NCBI RefSeq assembly: GCF_000011465.1
Contig: NC_005072.1
Coordinates: forward strand, 1,440,001-1,472,000
Direction of reading: 5' to 3'
From: Prochlorococcus marinus subsp. pastoris str. CCMP1986
Lineage (GTDB): Bacteria > Cyanobacteriota > Cyanobacteriia > PCC-6307 > Cyanobiaceae
DNA: 32,000 nucleotides
Of the stretch, positions 10,922 through 20,234 are shown one piece after another. The notes beneath the pieces were generated by a model. It was not told where the DNA came from, searched no databases, and saw only the letters and a program-made list of their open reading frames with translations. Position 1 is the first letter of the stretch; each line of letters begins with the position of its first letter. The position numbers and the translations under genes were made by a program.

Positions 10922-13900
10922 ATGCGAGGGAGTATCAAAAGAAGCAACGAGTCATATCAAGATAGTTATTCTCCAAATGGAATTATTGGAGAGAAAGATG
11001 CTTGTGGTGTTGGTTTCATAGCAAATATTGATGGCAAAGAAAGTAATTGGATATTGAAGCAATCTTTAAAAGGTCTTAATTGTATGGAGCATAGAGGAGG
11101 ATGCGGAGGAGATAGTGATTCTGGTGATGGGGCAGGAATTTTATGTTCAATTCCATGGGAATTTTTAGATAGAGAATTAAATTTAAATACTGAAAGCTAC
11201 GAAAAACGAGGTTTAGGCATGATTTTTATGCCAAATAATGAATTAAAAGTTAAAGAATCAAAACTTATATGCGATGAAGAAGCTAAAGAATTAAATTTTA
11301 AACAATCATTTTGGAGAAATGTACCTATTAAAAATGAAACATTAGGAATTTTAGCAAAAGCAAACGCACCATTTATAAACCAATGGATCGTCTGCTTAGA
11401 AAAAGATGATAGTAGAGATATTGAGATGCTCTTGTTTCAACTAAGAAAAAGAATTGAAAAAAGGATAAGAGATAATACAAAAAATGCTATCGGTGAATGC
11501 GAATTTTATTTCGCATCACTTAGTTCTAAAACTGTTGTTTATAAAGGTATGGTTAGATCTGAAGTTTTATCAGAATTTTACGAAGACTTAAAGAAAGAAG
11601 ATTTTAAAGTTTCTTTTTCTGTTTACCATCGAAGATTTAGCACAAATACCTTACCAAAATGGCCTCTTGCTCAGCCAATGAGATTTTTAGGTCATAATGG
11701 AGAAATTAATACCCTTTTGGGTAATATCAATTGGGCGAAAGCATCAGAAATACATATTGATGATTACTGGGGAGAGTTGTCTCGTGATATTAAGCCAATA
11801 GTTGATAAGAACAAAAGTGATTCATCAAATCTTGACGCAACACTAGAAATTAACATTCGTTCAGGCAAACCAATAACTGATTCCTTATTGAAACTTGTTC
11901 CAGAAGCATTTCGAGATCAACCAGAACTTGAAAGCAGAGAAGATATTAAGGCTTTTTATGAATATTCTGCTACTCTCCAAGAAGCTTGGGACGGTCCTGC
12001 TCTATTAGTATTTGCAGATGGAAACTATGTTGGAGCGACACTTGATAGGAATGGATTAAGACCTGCTAGATATTCAATTACCAATGATGGTTTTGTGATT
12101 ATGGGTTCAGAGACAGGGGTAGTGGATATTGAAGAAAATAGAGTTATAGAAAAAGGACGTTTAGGGCCAGGCCAAATGCTCGCAGTTGATCTTTCTCAGA
12201 ACAAAATTTTAAGAAATTGGGAAGTTAAAGCAGAAGCTGCCAAAAGAAAAAATTATAAAAAACTGATACAGAAAAGAACTATAAAACTCAAAAATAATGA
12301 ATGGTCCAATACTTGTAATTTAAAAGATTTTGAATTACTCCAACAACAAACTGCTTTTGGTTTTTCCTCAGAAGACAATGACCTCATTCTTGATTCAATG
12401 GCTTCTCTTTCTAAGGAGCCAACATATTGTATGGGTGACGATATACCATTAGCAGTGCTCTCTTCTAAACCTCATATTTTATACGACTACTTCAAACAAA
12501 GATTTGCACAAGTTACTAATCCTCCCATTGATCCTTTAAGAGAAAAATTAGTAATGAGTTTAGAGATGCATTTAGGTGAAAGATGCTCTCCCTTCGAATT
12601 TAATGGTATTAAGCCTTTTATTCATTTAAAAAGTCCAATTATTAATGAAAAAGAATTAATTTCATTAAAAGAATCAGAAATTAAATCAAAAACCATTTCA
12701 AGTTTATTTGATATTGAGGAAAGAATAAAAGGATTTGAAGCAAAGTTAGATGATATTTGTAAAGTAAGCGAGAAAGCAATAAAAGAAGGCTGCTCTTTAA
12801 TAATCATTTCTGACAAAGGAGTCAGTTCCAAACAAAGTTTTATTCCTCCTTTATTAGCTGTAGGTGCAATTCATCACTATCTTCTTAAAAAAGAAATAAG
12901 ATTAAAAGCCTCGCTAATAATTGAAACTGGTCAATGTTGGAGCACGCATCACCTAGCATGTTTAATTGGTTATGGAGTTAGCGCTGTATGCCCTTGGTTA
13001 ACACTTGAATCTGGAAGACATTGGTTACAACATCCAAAAACTCAAAAGCTTATTGCTACTAAGAAAATCAATCCACTATCAATTGATGATGTTCAGGAAA
13101 ATATCAAAAAAGCTTTAGAAGATGGATTAAGAAAAATACTTTCAAAAATAGGGATTTCCCTTTTATCTAGTTATCATGGTGCTCAAATATTTGAAGCTGT
13201 AGGTCTTGGCTCTGACTTAATTAAAATAGCTTTCGATGGAACAACAAGTCGAATTGCAGGGATCACACTAAAAGAACTTGCAAATGAATCACTCTTAATT
13301 CATACCAAAGCCTTTCCAGAAATAGATTTAAAAAAATTAGAGTTTCTAGGATTTGTTCAGTTTAGAAATAATGGCGAATATCACTCTAATAATCCTGAAA
13401 TGTCAAAGGTTTTACATTCTGCCCTAAAGCAAGGACCAGGATACGATCATTTTGAGACTTATAAAACACTTATTCGAAATAGACCTGTCACTTCATTAAG
13501 AGATTTACTGTCAATTAACTCGACAAGAAAAAGTATCCCTATAGATGAGGTTGAAAGTGTTGAATCAATATGTAAAAGGTTTTGTACTGGAGGAATGAGT
13601 TTAGGAGCATTATCAAGAGAAGCTCATGAAGTGTTGGCCGTTGCAATGAATAGAATTGGTGGGAAAAGTAATAGCGGGGAAGGAGGAGAAGATCCTGCTC
13701 GTTTTAATGTATTGAATGATATTGATGAAAATACTCAATCGGCAATATTACCATCTATAAAAGGCCTAGAAAATGGGGATACTGCTTGCTCAGCTATTAA
13801 ACAAATAGCCTCTGGGAGATTTGGGGTTACTCCAGAATATCTAAGAAGTGGGAAGCAACTTGAAATAAAAATGGCTCAAGGAGCTAAGCCAGGCGAAGGT

Positions 13901-15487
13901 GGCCAATTACCAGGACCAAAAGTTGATTCATATATTGCAAAGCTAAGAAACAGCAAACCTGGAGTAGCCTTAATATCTCCACCCCCACATCATGATATTT
14001 ACTCTATTGAAGACTTGGCTCAGTTAATTCATGACTTGCACCAAGTTCATCCAAGAGCGAAGGTCAGTGTAAAGCTCGTTTCTGAAATTGGGATAGGTAC
14101 TATCGCTGCTGGAGTTAGCAAAGCGAATGCTGATGTAATACAAATTTCCGGGCATGATGGAGGTACAGGGGCTTCCCCTCTAAGTTCTATTAAACATGCT
14201 GGTTTACCGTGGGAATTAGGCGTTGCAGAAGTACATAAATCCCTTATGGAAAATAATCTTAGAGGGAGAGTACTTTTAAGAACTGATGGCGGACTTAAAA
14301 CAGGATGGGATGTGGTAATCGCAGCTATTTTAGGTGCGGAAGAATTTGGTTTTGGTTCAGTAGCAATGATTGCTGAAGGCTGCATAATGGCGCGTGTTTG
14401 TCATACAAACAAATGTCCTGTAGGTGTAGCTACTCAAAAAGAAGAATTAAGAAAAAGGTTTAAAGGTTTACCTGAAAATGTCGTGAACTTTTTCTTATAT
14501 ATTGCTGAAGAGATAAGACAAATAATGAGTAGCATTGGAGTATCTAATATGGAGGAATTGATTGGCAATCAGGAATTTCTAACAGCAAGAGATATTAAAC
14601 TTCCAAAAACTGCAAATATCGATCTTAGTTCTCTAATTAAAAAAGGGACTCAATATAAAGACAGGTCATGGTTAAAGCATTCTAAGACTGCTCATACTAA
14701 TGGATATGTATTAGAGGATCAATTTTTGTCTGATAATGAATTCATGAATTCTATTAAGAATCATGGGAAAGTAATTAAAGAAATAGAAATCAAGAACACT
14801 GACAGAAGTGTATGTGCAAAAATATCAGGTGAAATTGCGGGGCTTTATGGAAATAATGGATTTAATGGTGAACTAAATCTCAATTTCAAAGGATACGCAG
14901 GGCAGAGTTTTGGTGCTTTTTTATTAAAAGGAATGCATATCCAATTAATTGGAGAAGCTAATGATTATGTTTGCAAAGGAATGAATGGAGGTGTACTTAC
15001 TATTGTTCCTCCCCAAGTAGATGAGAAATCTTCAGAGCAAGTAATATTGGGTAATACCTGTCTTTATGGAGCAACAGGAGGCAAGTTATTTGCTTTAGGT
15101 AAATCCGGAGAAAGATTTGCTGTTAGAAATAGTGGAGCTACTGCAGTCACAGAAGGTTCGGGCGACCATTGTTGTGAATATATGACTGGTGGCAAGATAG
15201 TAATTTTAGGTTCAACAGGAAGAAATATTGGAGCAGGAATGACTGGTGGAATAGCTTATATACTTGATGAAAATAATGATTTAGAAAATAAAGTGAATAA
15301 GGAAATAGTTAGTATCCATAAAATAACTAGCCTTAAGCAGGAAGAAATTTTATTAGGAATTCTTGGTGAATATCTAGAAAAAACAAAGAGTCTAAAAGCA
15401 TCCAAAATAATCAATAATTGGTCTAATTTTAAGGGAATTTTTAAAATAGTTGTTCCTCCTAGCGAAGAAGAAACGCTTGGTATATAA
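10922..15487 (+). CDS. Ferredoxin-dependent glutamate synthase (Fd-GOGAT)
   Basis: 1521 aa; ACGVGFIANIDG class-II amidotransferase N-terminus, GGKSNSGEGGEDPARF, FMN-domain motifs, CIMARVCHTNKCPVGVATQ Fe-S cluster motif and C-terminal beta-helix GXGMTGG repeats. Symbols gltB, gltS and glsF are all in use, so none is fixed here. Confidence 0.97.
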   Translation: MRGSIKRSNESYQDSYSPNGIIGEKDACGVGFIANIDGKESNWILKQSLKGLNCMEHRGGCGGDSDSGDGAGILCSIPWEFLDRELNLNTESYEKRGLGMIFMPNNELKVKESKLICDEEAKELNFKQSFWRNVPIKNETLGILAKANAPFINQWIVCLEKDDSRDIEMLLFQLRKRIEKRIRDNTKNAIGECEFYFASLSSKTVVYKGMVRSEVLSEFYEDLKKEDFKVSFSVYHRRFSTNTLPKWPLAQPMRFLGHNGEINTLLGNINWAKASEIHIDDYWGELSRDIKPIVDKNKSDSSNLDATLEINIRSGKPITDSLLKLVPEAFRDQPELESREDIKAFYEYSATLQEAWDGPALLVFADGNYVGATLDRNGLRPARYSITNDGFVIMGSETGVVDIEENRVIEKGRLGPGQMLAVDLSQNKILRNWEVKAEAAKRKNYKKLIQKRTIKLKNNEWSNTCNLKDFELLQQQTAFGFSSEDNDLILDSMASLSKEPTYCMGDDIPLAVLSSKPHILYDYFKQRFAQVTNPPIDPLREKLVMSLEMHLGERCSPFEFNGIKPFIHLKSPIINEKELISLKESEIKSKTISSLFDIEERIKGFEAKLDDICKVSEKAIKEGCSLIIISDKGVSSKQSFIPPLLAVGAIHHYLLKKEIRLKASLIIETGQCWSTHHLACLIGYGVSAVCPWLTLESGRHWLQHPKTQKLIATKKINPLSIDDVQENIKKALEDGLRKILSKIGISLLSSYHGAQIFEAVGLGSDLIKIAFDGTTSRIAGITLKELANESLLIHTKAFPEIDLKKLEFLGFVQFRNNGEYHSNNPEMSKVLHSALKQGPGYDHFETYKTLIRNRPVTSLRDLLSINSTRKSIPIDEVESVESICKRFCTGGMSLGALSREAHEVLAVAMNRIGGKSNSGEGGEDPARFNVLNDIDENTQSAILPSIKGLENGDTACSAIKQIASGRFGVTPEYLRSGKQLEIKMAQGAKPGEGGQLPGPKVDSYIAKLRNSKPGVALISPPPHHDIYSIEDLAQLIHDLHQVHPRAKVSVKLVSEIGIGTIAAGVSKANADVIQISGHDGGTGASPLSSIKHAGLPWELGVAEVHKSLMENNLRGRVLLRTDGGLKTGWDVVIAAILGAEEFGFGSVAMIAEGCIMARVCHTNKCPVGVATQKEELRKRFKGLPENVVNFFLYIAEEIRQIMSSIGVSNMEELIGNQEFLTARDIKLPKTANIDLSSLIKKGTQYKDRSWLKHSKTAHTNGYVLEDQFLSDNEFMNSIKNHGKVIKEIEIKNTDRSVCAKISGEIAGLYGNNGFNGELNLNFKGYAGQSFGAFLLKGMHIQLIGEANDYVCKGMNGGVLTIVPPQVDEKSSEQVILGNTCLYGATGGKLFALGKSGERFAVRNSGATAVTEGSGDHCCEYMTGGKIVILGSTGRNIGAGMTGGIAYILDENNDLENKVNKEIVSIHKITSLKQEEILLGILGEYLEKTKSLKASKIINNWSNFKGIFKIVVPPSEEETLGI

Positions 15488-15496
15488 AGTTAATGA

Positions 15497-15790
15497 ATGC
15501 CTATTTTTATAAAGACTGAACTAATAAAAAAAGAATACTTAATTCAAAAAGATATAAGAAAGAAAATAATCAATGAACATATCAAATGGATAGAAAATTT
15601 AAAGAAAAAAGGAATAAATATCAAAAGTGGGTTTCTGGTGGATGAATTCAAACAATCAGGAGCTGGTGGGTTACTAATTCTTGAAATTGGAACGTATAAA
15701 GAAGCCTTAGAAATTATAAAAAAAGATCCGATGATAAAAAATAATATTGTCGAATGGAAATTAAATGAATGGATTAATATTAATAAATAG
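15497..15790 (+). CDS. YCII-like family small protein
   Basis: 97 aa ORF 9 nt after glutamate synthase; EHIKWIENLKKKGINIKSG...SGAGGLLILEIGTYKEALEIIKKDPM follows the YCII-related pattern. Confidence 0.72.
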   Translation: MPIFIKTELIKKEYLIQKDIRKKIINEHIKWIENLKKKGINIKSGFLVDEFKQSGAGGLLILEIGTYKEALEIIKKDPMIKNNIVEWKLNEWININK

Positions 15791-15799
15791 ATAATTTAA

Positions 15800-16732
15800 T
15801 TATCTTGGAAACTTTTTCATGAGTTTCTGAATCTCTTCAGCATGATAACTACTACGAGTTAAAGGAGAACTGACAACTTGCATAAACCCTAATTCATTTT
15901 CTCCAAATAATTTAAAATAATTAAATTTTGAAGGGGTAACAAATCTTTGGACCTGAAGATGTTTTGGGCCTGGAGATAAATATTGACCAATAGTAACTAT
16001 ATCTACATCATTTTTTCTTAAATCCATTAGAAGAGTAAGAACTTCATCATCCTTTTCTCCTAATCCCAACATGAATCCAGATTTAGTATAAACACTTGGG
16101 AAATATTCTCTTGTTCTTTTTAGTAACTCTAAAGTTCTTTGATAGTTTCCTTGTGGCCTTACTTTCCTATACAAAGCTGAGACAGTTTCAATATTATGAT
16201 TTAAAACATTTGGTCTAGAATCTAAAATCTTTTCAAGTGCTGACCAGTTACCACATAAATCTGGAATTAATAATTCAATAGTTGTTTCAGGAGATTTTTT
16301 TCTAACTTCAGAAACACATTTATAAAACTGAGAAGCTCCACCATCATCTAGATCATCTCTATTAACTGAGGTAATCACAACATGTTTAAGTTTTAATCTA
16401 AAAACAGCCTCTGCTAAACGATCTGGTTCTGTTGGGTCTAAATCTCTCTTGGATCTATCAAAATCAATATCACAATATGGACATGCTCTAGTACAACCTG
16501 GTCCCATAATTAAAAAAGTTGCAGTCCCGCTAGCAAAACATTCGCCAATATTAGGACAGCTTGCTTCTTGGCATACAGTATTTAATTTTAAATCACTCAA
16601 TAAATTTGCAGTATTCCCTATTCTCTCAACTTGAGGTGCTTTTACTCTTAACCAGTCAGGCTTCGTAACTGCATTTTTGGAAATATTAGTCAAATTAATT
16701 ATTTCAAACCAATCATCTCTAATTTTAATCAA
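15800..16732 (-). CDS. lipA: Lipoyl synthase (radical SAM)
   Basis: [36 protein letters not shown] carries both CxxxxxCxxxxxC-type and CxxxCxxC cluster motifs; [13 protein letters not shown]. The ORF-track start at 16732 is a TTG. Confidence 0.96.
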
Positions 16733-16859
16733 AATAATTTAACTTTACTATTTTTATTTACTTCACTAAAGAAATTAAATTTCTAATTAAATCAGGAAGA
16801 AAATTAAAAATCACTTTTAGAAAAAAATTTGGCATTTTTTTAAACAGTTTCCCACAAAA

Positions 16860-16903
16860 ACTAGTTATGCAATAAACAAAGCGTTCTAATAACATAAACT
16901 AGT
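16860..16903. repeat. Imperfect inverted repeat upstream of the recombinase-like gene
   Basis: ACTAGTTATG (16860-16869) and CATAAACTAGT (16893-16903): 10 bp complementary with a single-A bulge. A second overlapping pair is CGTTCT (16882-16887)/AGAACG (16913-16918). Confidence 0.45.
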
Positions 16904-16992
16904 ACAATATTCAGAACGTTTTTTTAAATACAGTTTTAAAACAATATAATCAATTTTTTGTATAACTAACATAAGATTATTATTACAAAATT

Positions 16993-17679
16993 ATGTTCTA
17001 TAAAGTGTTTTTTTCCTATGTATTTGATACAGTTAAAAATATATGTATTAAAACGTTGACTATTAAATTTAAAAGAAAACGTTTTCTTTTATCTGAAAAA
17101 AATAAGAAATCCAAAATTATTGGATATGCAAGAGCTATAGATAGTGAATTTGATTACTTAAAAGAACAAATAAAATGCTTAAAAAATGAGGGTTGCAGCT
17201 TAATATTTTCTGAAATCGTAAGTTTAGATGAAGAAATAAAACCCGAACTTAGAAAAGCTGTAAATTATTTATCAAAAGGAGATGAATTAGTCGTTACAAA
17301 ACTAGATCGGGCATTTTCTAACAGGAATGAATGTATAAAAACAATTCATAAACTCTTGAATAATGATGTTAGGTTGAGAACTTTATCTGGTTTTTTATCT
17401 CCCAAACATTCATCAGATATATCTTTGTCAGTCTTTAATATTTTATATGAGTTAGATAATTTAGATAATGAGTGTTTGGGAGAGAGGAAAAAAGAACTTA
17501 TTTCGCAAAGAAGATTAAATGGAAATAATTTAGGTGGAAGACCGAAAATTAGTCCTTTAAAAGAATCATTAGTGATGAGGTTACGTAATGAGGGTTGCTC
17601 ATATCGATCAATCAGAACTCAAACTGGAATTGCTTTATCAACAATTAGAAGAATAATTTTAGATGGAGAAGCTAGCTGA
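16993..17679 (+). CDS. Serine recombinase (resolvase)-like protein with C-terminal HTH; canonical catalytic residues apparently altered
   Basis: IIGYARAIDSEFDYLKEQIKCLKNEGCSLIFSE...GDELVVTKLDRAFSNRN...GGRPKISPLKESLVMRLRNEGCSYRSIRTQTGIALSTIRRII follows Hin/gamma-delta resolvase architecture, but YARVS reads YARAI and LDRLGR reads LDRAFS. Confidence 0.82.
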   Translation: MFYKVFFSYVFDTVKNICIKTLTIKFKRKRFLLSEKNKKSKIIGYARAIDSEFDYLKEQIKCLKNEGCSLIFSEIVSLDEEIKPELRKAVNYLSKGDELVVTKLDRAFSNRNECIKTIHKLLNNDVRLRTLSGFLSPKHSSDISLSVFNILYELDNLDNECLGERKKELISQRRLNGNNLGGRPKISPLKESLVMRLRNEGCSYRSIRTQTGIALSTIRRIILDGEAS

Positions 17680-17893
17680 TATGAATAAAAAAGAACTTGA
17701 AAACCTGATTAAAGAAAACCTTAAAGATACTGCATTACGCATTCATGAATTAGATAATAAAGATAGAAATAGTTTAATCGCTGAATATAAAGAATGGATT
17801 CTGAATGACTTGGATTTTGATGAGGTTATGATGTTACCTTACGAAGCCTATACAAATAAATTAGATAGAGATTTCTTAGATGACTTAAATTAA
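17663..17893 (+). CDS. Small acidic hypothetical protein; likely start at ATG 17681
   Basis: 76 aa ORF overlapping the end of the recombinase-like gene; an in-frame ATG at 17681 would place it immediately after the upstream TGA. Not overlapped by a better ORF. Confidence 0.6.
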   Translation: MEKLADMNKKELENLIKENLKDTALRIHELDNKDRNSLIAEYKEWILNDLDFDEVMMLPYEAYTNKLDRDFLDDLN

Positions 17894-17895
17894 TA

Positions 17896-18810
17896 TCAAG
17901 CAAAATTATTATTATATTTGTATACAGCCTTAGCTATTTGGGGAAATATGGTCTCATCTTTTAAGTATTTCTCTCCATTCCCAAAAATAACTAATAAAGT
18001 CTGTAATGAGTCATTGTTAACCCACCAAGCGGCATCATGTCTAGCTTGTGACATCAAACCTGCTTTACTCCAAAAATTAGTATTCTCTGGTAATCCCTCT
18101 CCTAAAAACCCGTTTACTTGATTAAGGGGATCCATATTAAGAACTTTCTTATCTAAATTTCTTTTTAAAAAACTTCTTAAATTTAAATTATCTTTTTGAT
18201 AATCAAGTTTTATCATTATCTCCTCCAAAATTCTTGCAGTTGAATCAGTTGTCATCATATTCCTATTATTGTTTTCAGTTCCATAAAATTCCTTTTCTCG
18301 ACCAAACGGTCCATCATCCCAAGTTTTTTGGCAGCAATTTATCTCATTTAATTCACTCCAATTAAGCTCTTTTAACCAATCATTGATTATTGACCTTTGA
18401 TATTTCCAATTCTCCCAAGAATCTCCTTCTATACATGGACCACTTGTAGTCCCAGTGATAATGTCGATTAAAAAGCTTGTTGCATCATTACTTGAGTAAA
18501 AAAGCATTTTATTTACTGCATCACTTATTTCTTGGGTGAATAATATTTTTTTTGTATCAATCCATGAGTATGCAGCGAGACCATAAACTAGCTTTACGAT
18601 GCTTGCAGGATAAATGAGCTTTGTATTATTGATTCCACATCCAAAGCCTTTATTTAATTGATTGTTTTCACTTTTATAATTGATCCAAGTTATTGCGAGA
18701 TCATCTCTTAAATTTTCTATATTGTTAGAGCAAATTCCGTCTAAAATATCATTTAAGGCTAAACCCATTTCTTCTCGTAAATAATAAAAAGACATTTTAT
18801 GAAAGAACAT
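17896..18810 (-). CDS. Serine hydrolase of the class A beta-lactamase-like family; likely start at ATG 18795
   Basis: PASIVKL (SxxK), YSSNDAT (SxN-type) and WSKAGLMS (KTG-like) appear in the expected order. Confidence 0.82.
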   Translation of the reverse strand: MFFHKMSFYYLREEMGLALNDILDGICSNNIENLRDDLAITWINYKSENNQLNKGFGCGINNTKLIYPASIVKLVYGLAAYSWIDTKKILFTQEISDAVNKMLFYSSNDATSFLIDIITGTTSGPCIEGDSWENWKYQRSIINDWLKELNWSELNEINCCQKTWDDGPFGREKEFYGTENNNRNMMTTDSTARILEEIMIKLDYQKDNLNLRSFLKRNLDKKVLNMDPLNQVNGFLGEGLPENTNFWSKAGLMSQARHDAAWWVNNDSLQTLLVIFGNGEKYLKDETIFPQIAKAVYKYNNNFA

Positions 18811-19554
18811 ATAGACCCTACCTCACTATTTAAGCAAACTAATTTTTCAAACACTATTTGGTGGAAAGTAAAAATTAATATTTCTGGGTATCAAAATGAA
18901 ACTGAAAATAATTTAGTAACGGAAATAGCCAAAAATAGACTTTTTAGACTTATTTATCCAAGTCTTTATAAGAGTAAAAATAAATTGTCCAGAATATTAG
19001 TTCAATTTTATGAAGATGGTTATATCTGTTGGATTGATTTAGATAAATTATTTATTGAGAAATTTGATGTTAAAAACAGTATTCTCGATTCTGAACAAAT
19101 ATTAATACAAACAAAAATTCCATTAATTCTTAGTTGGATCAAAGATCGATCTAAGGAAAAAAATATATATCTTTGGGGTGGTACATTAGGTCCTAATTTT
19201 GACTGTTCTGGCTTGATTCAAACCGCTTTTTTAAATCATAAAATTTATATACCTAGAGATTCTTATCAAATTAAAAGTTTTTGTAAGCATCTTTTCAATT
19301 TTAAAGAAAATAATAAATCACTTAAAAAAGGAGATATTTTATTTTTTGGAAAGCAAAATAAATGTGATCATGTTGGTATTTATAAAGGGGATGGACTTTA
19401 TTACCATAGTTCGGGTATAGATTACGGAAGAAATGGTATAGGAATAGACACTTTAAAAGAAACTAACGATAAAATTTCTCTACATTATCAATCAAAACTT
19501 ATTTCTGCAGGAAGAATAACTAGATCATACAGATGGAATAAATCTATCAGGTAA
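18799..19554 (+). CDS. NlpC/P60 family peptidase
   Basis: LGPNFDCSGLIQTAFLNHKIYIPRDSYQ (catalytic Cys), KKGDILFFGKQNKCDHVGIYKGDGLYYHSSG (catalytic His). The N-terminal half is compatible with an SH3-like domain as in cyanobacterial homologues. Confidence 0.88.
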   Translation: MKEHIDPTSLFKQTNFSNTIWWKVKINISGYQNETENNLVTEIAKNRLFRLIYPSLYKSKNKLSRILVQFYEDGYICWIDLDKLFIEKFDVKNSILDSEQILIQTKIPLILSWIKDRSKEKNIYLWGGTLGPNFDCSGLIQTAFLNHKIYIPRDSYQIKSFCKHLFNFKENNKSLKKGDILFFGKQNKCDHVGIYKGDGLYYHSSGIDYGRNGIGIDTLKETNDKISLHYQSKLISAGRITRSYRWNKSIR

Positions 19555-19569
19555 TATTTTATTTAAAAA

Positions 19570-19596
19570 CTAACTATTGAAAGTATCTCTAGTTAG
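19570..19596 (-). terminator. Candidate Rho-independent terminator downstream of psaL
   Basis: Minus strand: CTAACTA-N13-TAGTTAG (7 bp) followed directly by TTTTTAAAT. The stem is AT-rich and the loop long, so support is modest. Confidence 0.4.
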
Positions 19597-19605
19597 ATAA
19601 TGAAA

Positions 19606-20205
19606 TCAACCAGTAGTCCAAATATTTTTAACAATTGGCATTATGGTATCTAAATGGAGAGTTCCTACAAGAAGCCATGCAAACACAGCACCACCACAAC
19701 CACCTAACCAAAACCCGCTTGTAAAATCGGCCCAGCCTGTTCTAGTAAACAAGTCTGCAGGAGGATTATATACTGTGGCATCTGGAGGTTGAACATTAGG
19801 AGCTTTTCCTGGAGCATTATAAAGAACCAAAAGCCCTGTCAATATGTGCACAGCACCTATTGTTGCAAGTAATCCTGCTGTTAATGCGAAATCAGAATTT
19901 CTTAACGGACCAGTCATAGAAAATGGACCATATAAAAGATATCCAAATGCTGCTCCAGTTTCTAAACCTCTGAAATTTGGAGAAATCCCTTCTCTATAAA
20001 AAGGTAAATTATTAATAAATGCCTTTGTAAAGTAACCACTATTAACAGGTGTTGCAAGATTTCCAACACATGGATCTGAAACTGGTTTTACAGCCCATTG
20101 ATTTGCAATACCAATGTCATTTGGCTGAACAGAATTATCTATATATTTTTCATCAAATTTAATAGAACTTGTTGATTCTGAGAATGATTTTTGAAAGTCG
20201 CTCAT
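19606..20205 (-). CDS. psaL: Photosystem I reaction centre subunit XI (PsaL)
   Basis: [69 protein letters not shown]. Confidence 0.96.
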
Positions 20206-20234
20206 TTTTAATAAAAGTGTAATTTTTAATTTAT

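Noticed and set aside
12622-14385. Antisense ORFs 12622-12831 and 14047-14385 within glutamate synthase
   Set aside because: Both lie wholly within the conserved Fd-GOGAT coding region. The 112-aa one is Pro/Thr/Ser-rich, as expected for the reverse complement of Gly/Ala-rich sequence.
16449-16634. 61-aa ORF opposite lipA
   Set aside because: Shadow of the Cys-rich radical SAM motif region.
17918-18121. 67-aa plus-strand ORF opposite the beta-lactamase-like gene
   Set aside because: No motif; conflicts with a gene that has three ordered catalytic motifs.
16993-19554. Possible mobile or genomic island carrying a recombinase
   Set aside because: No terminal repeats, tRNA junction, integrase, phage genes or composition shift visible. 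The recombinase-like protein appears catalytically altered and the neighbours look like ordinary chromosomal genes.
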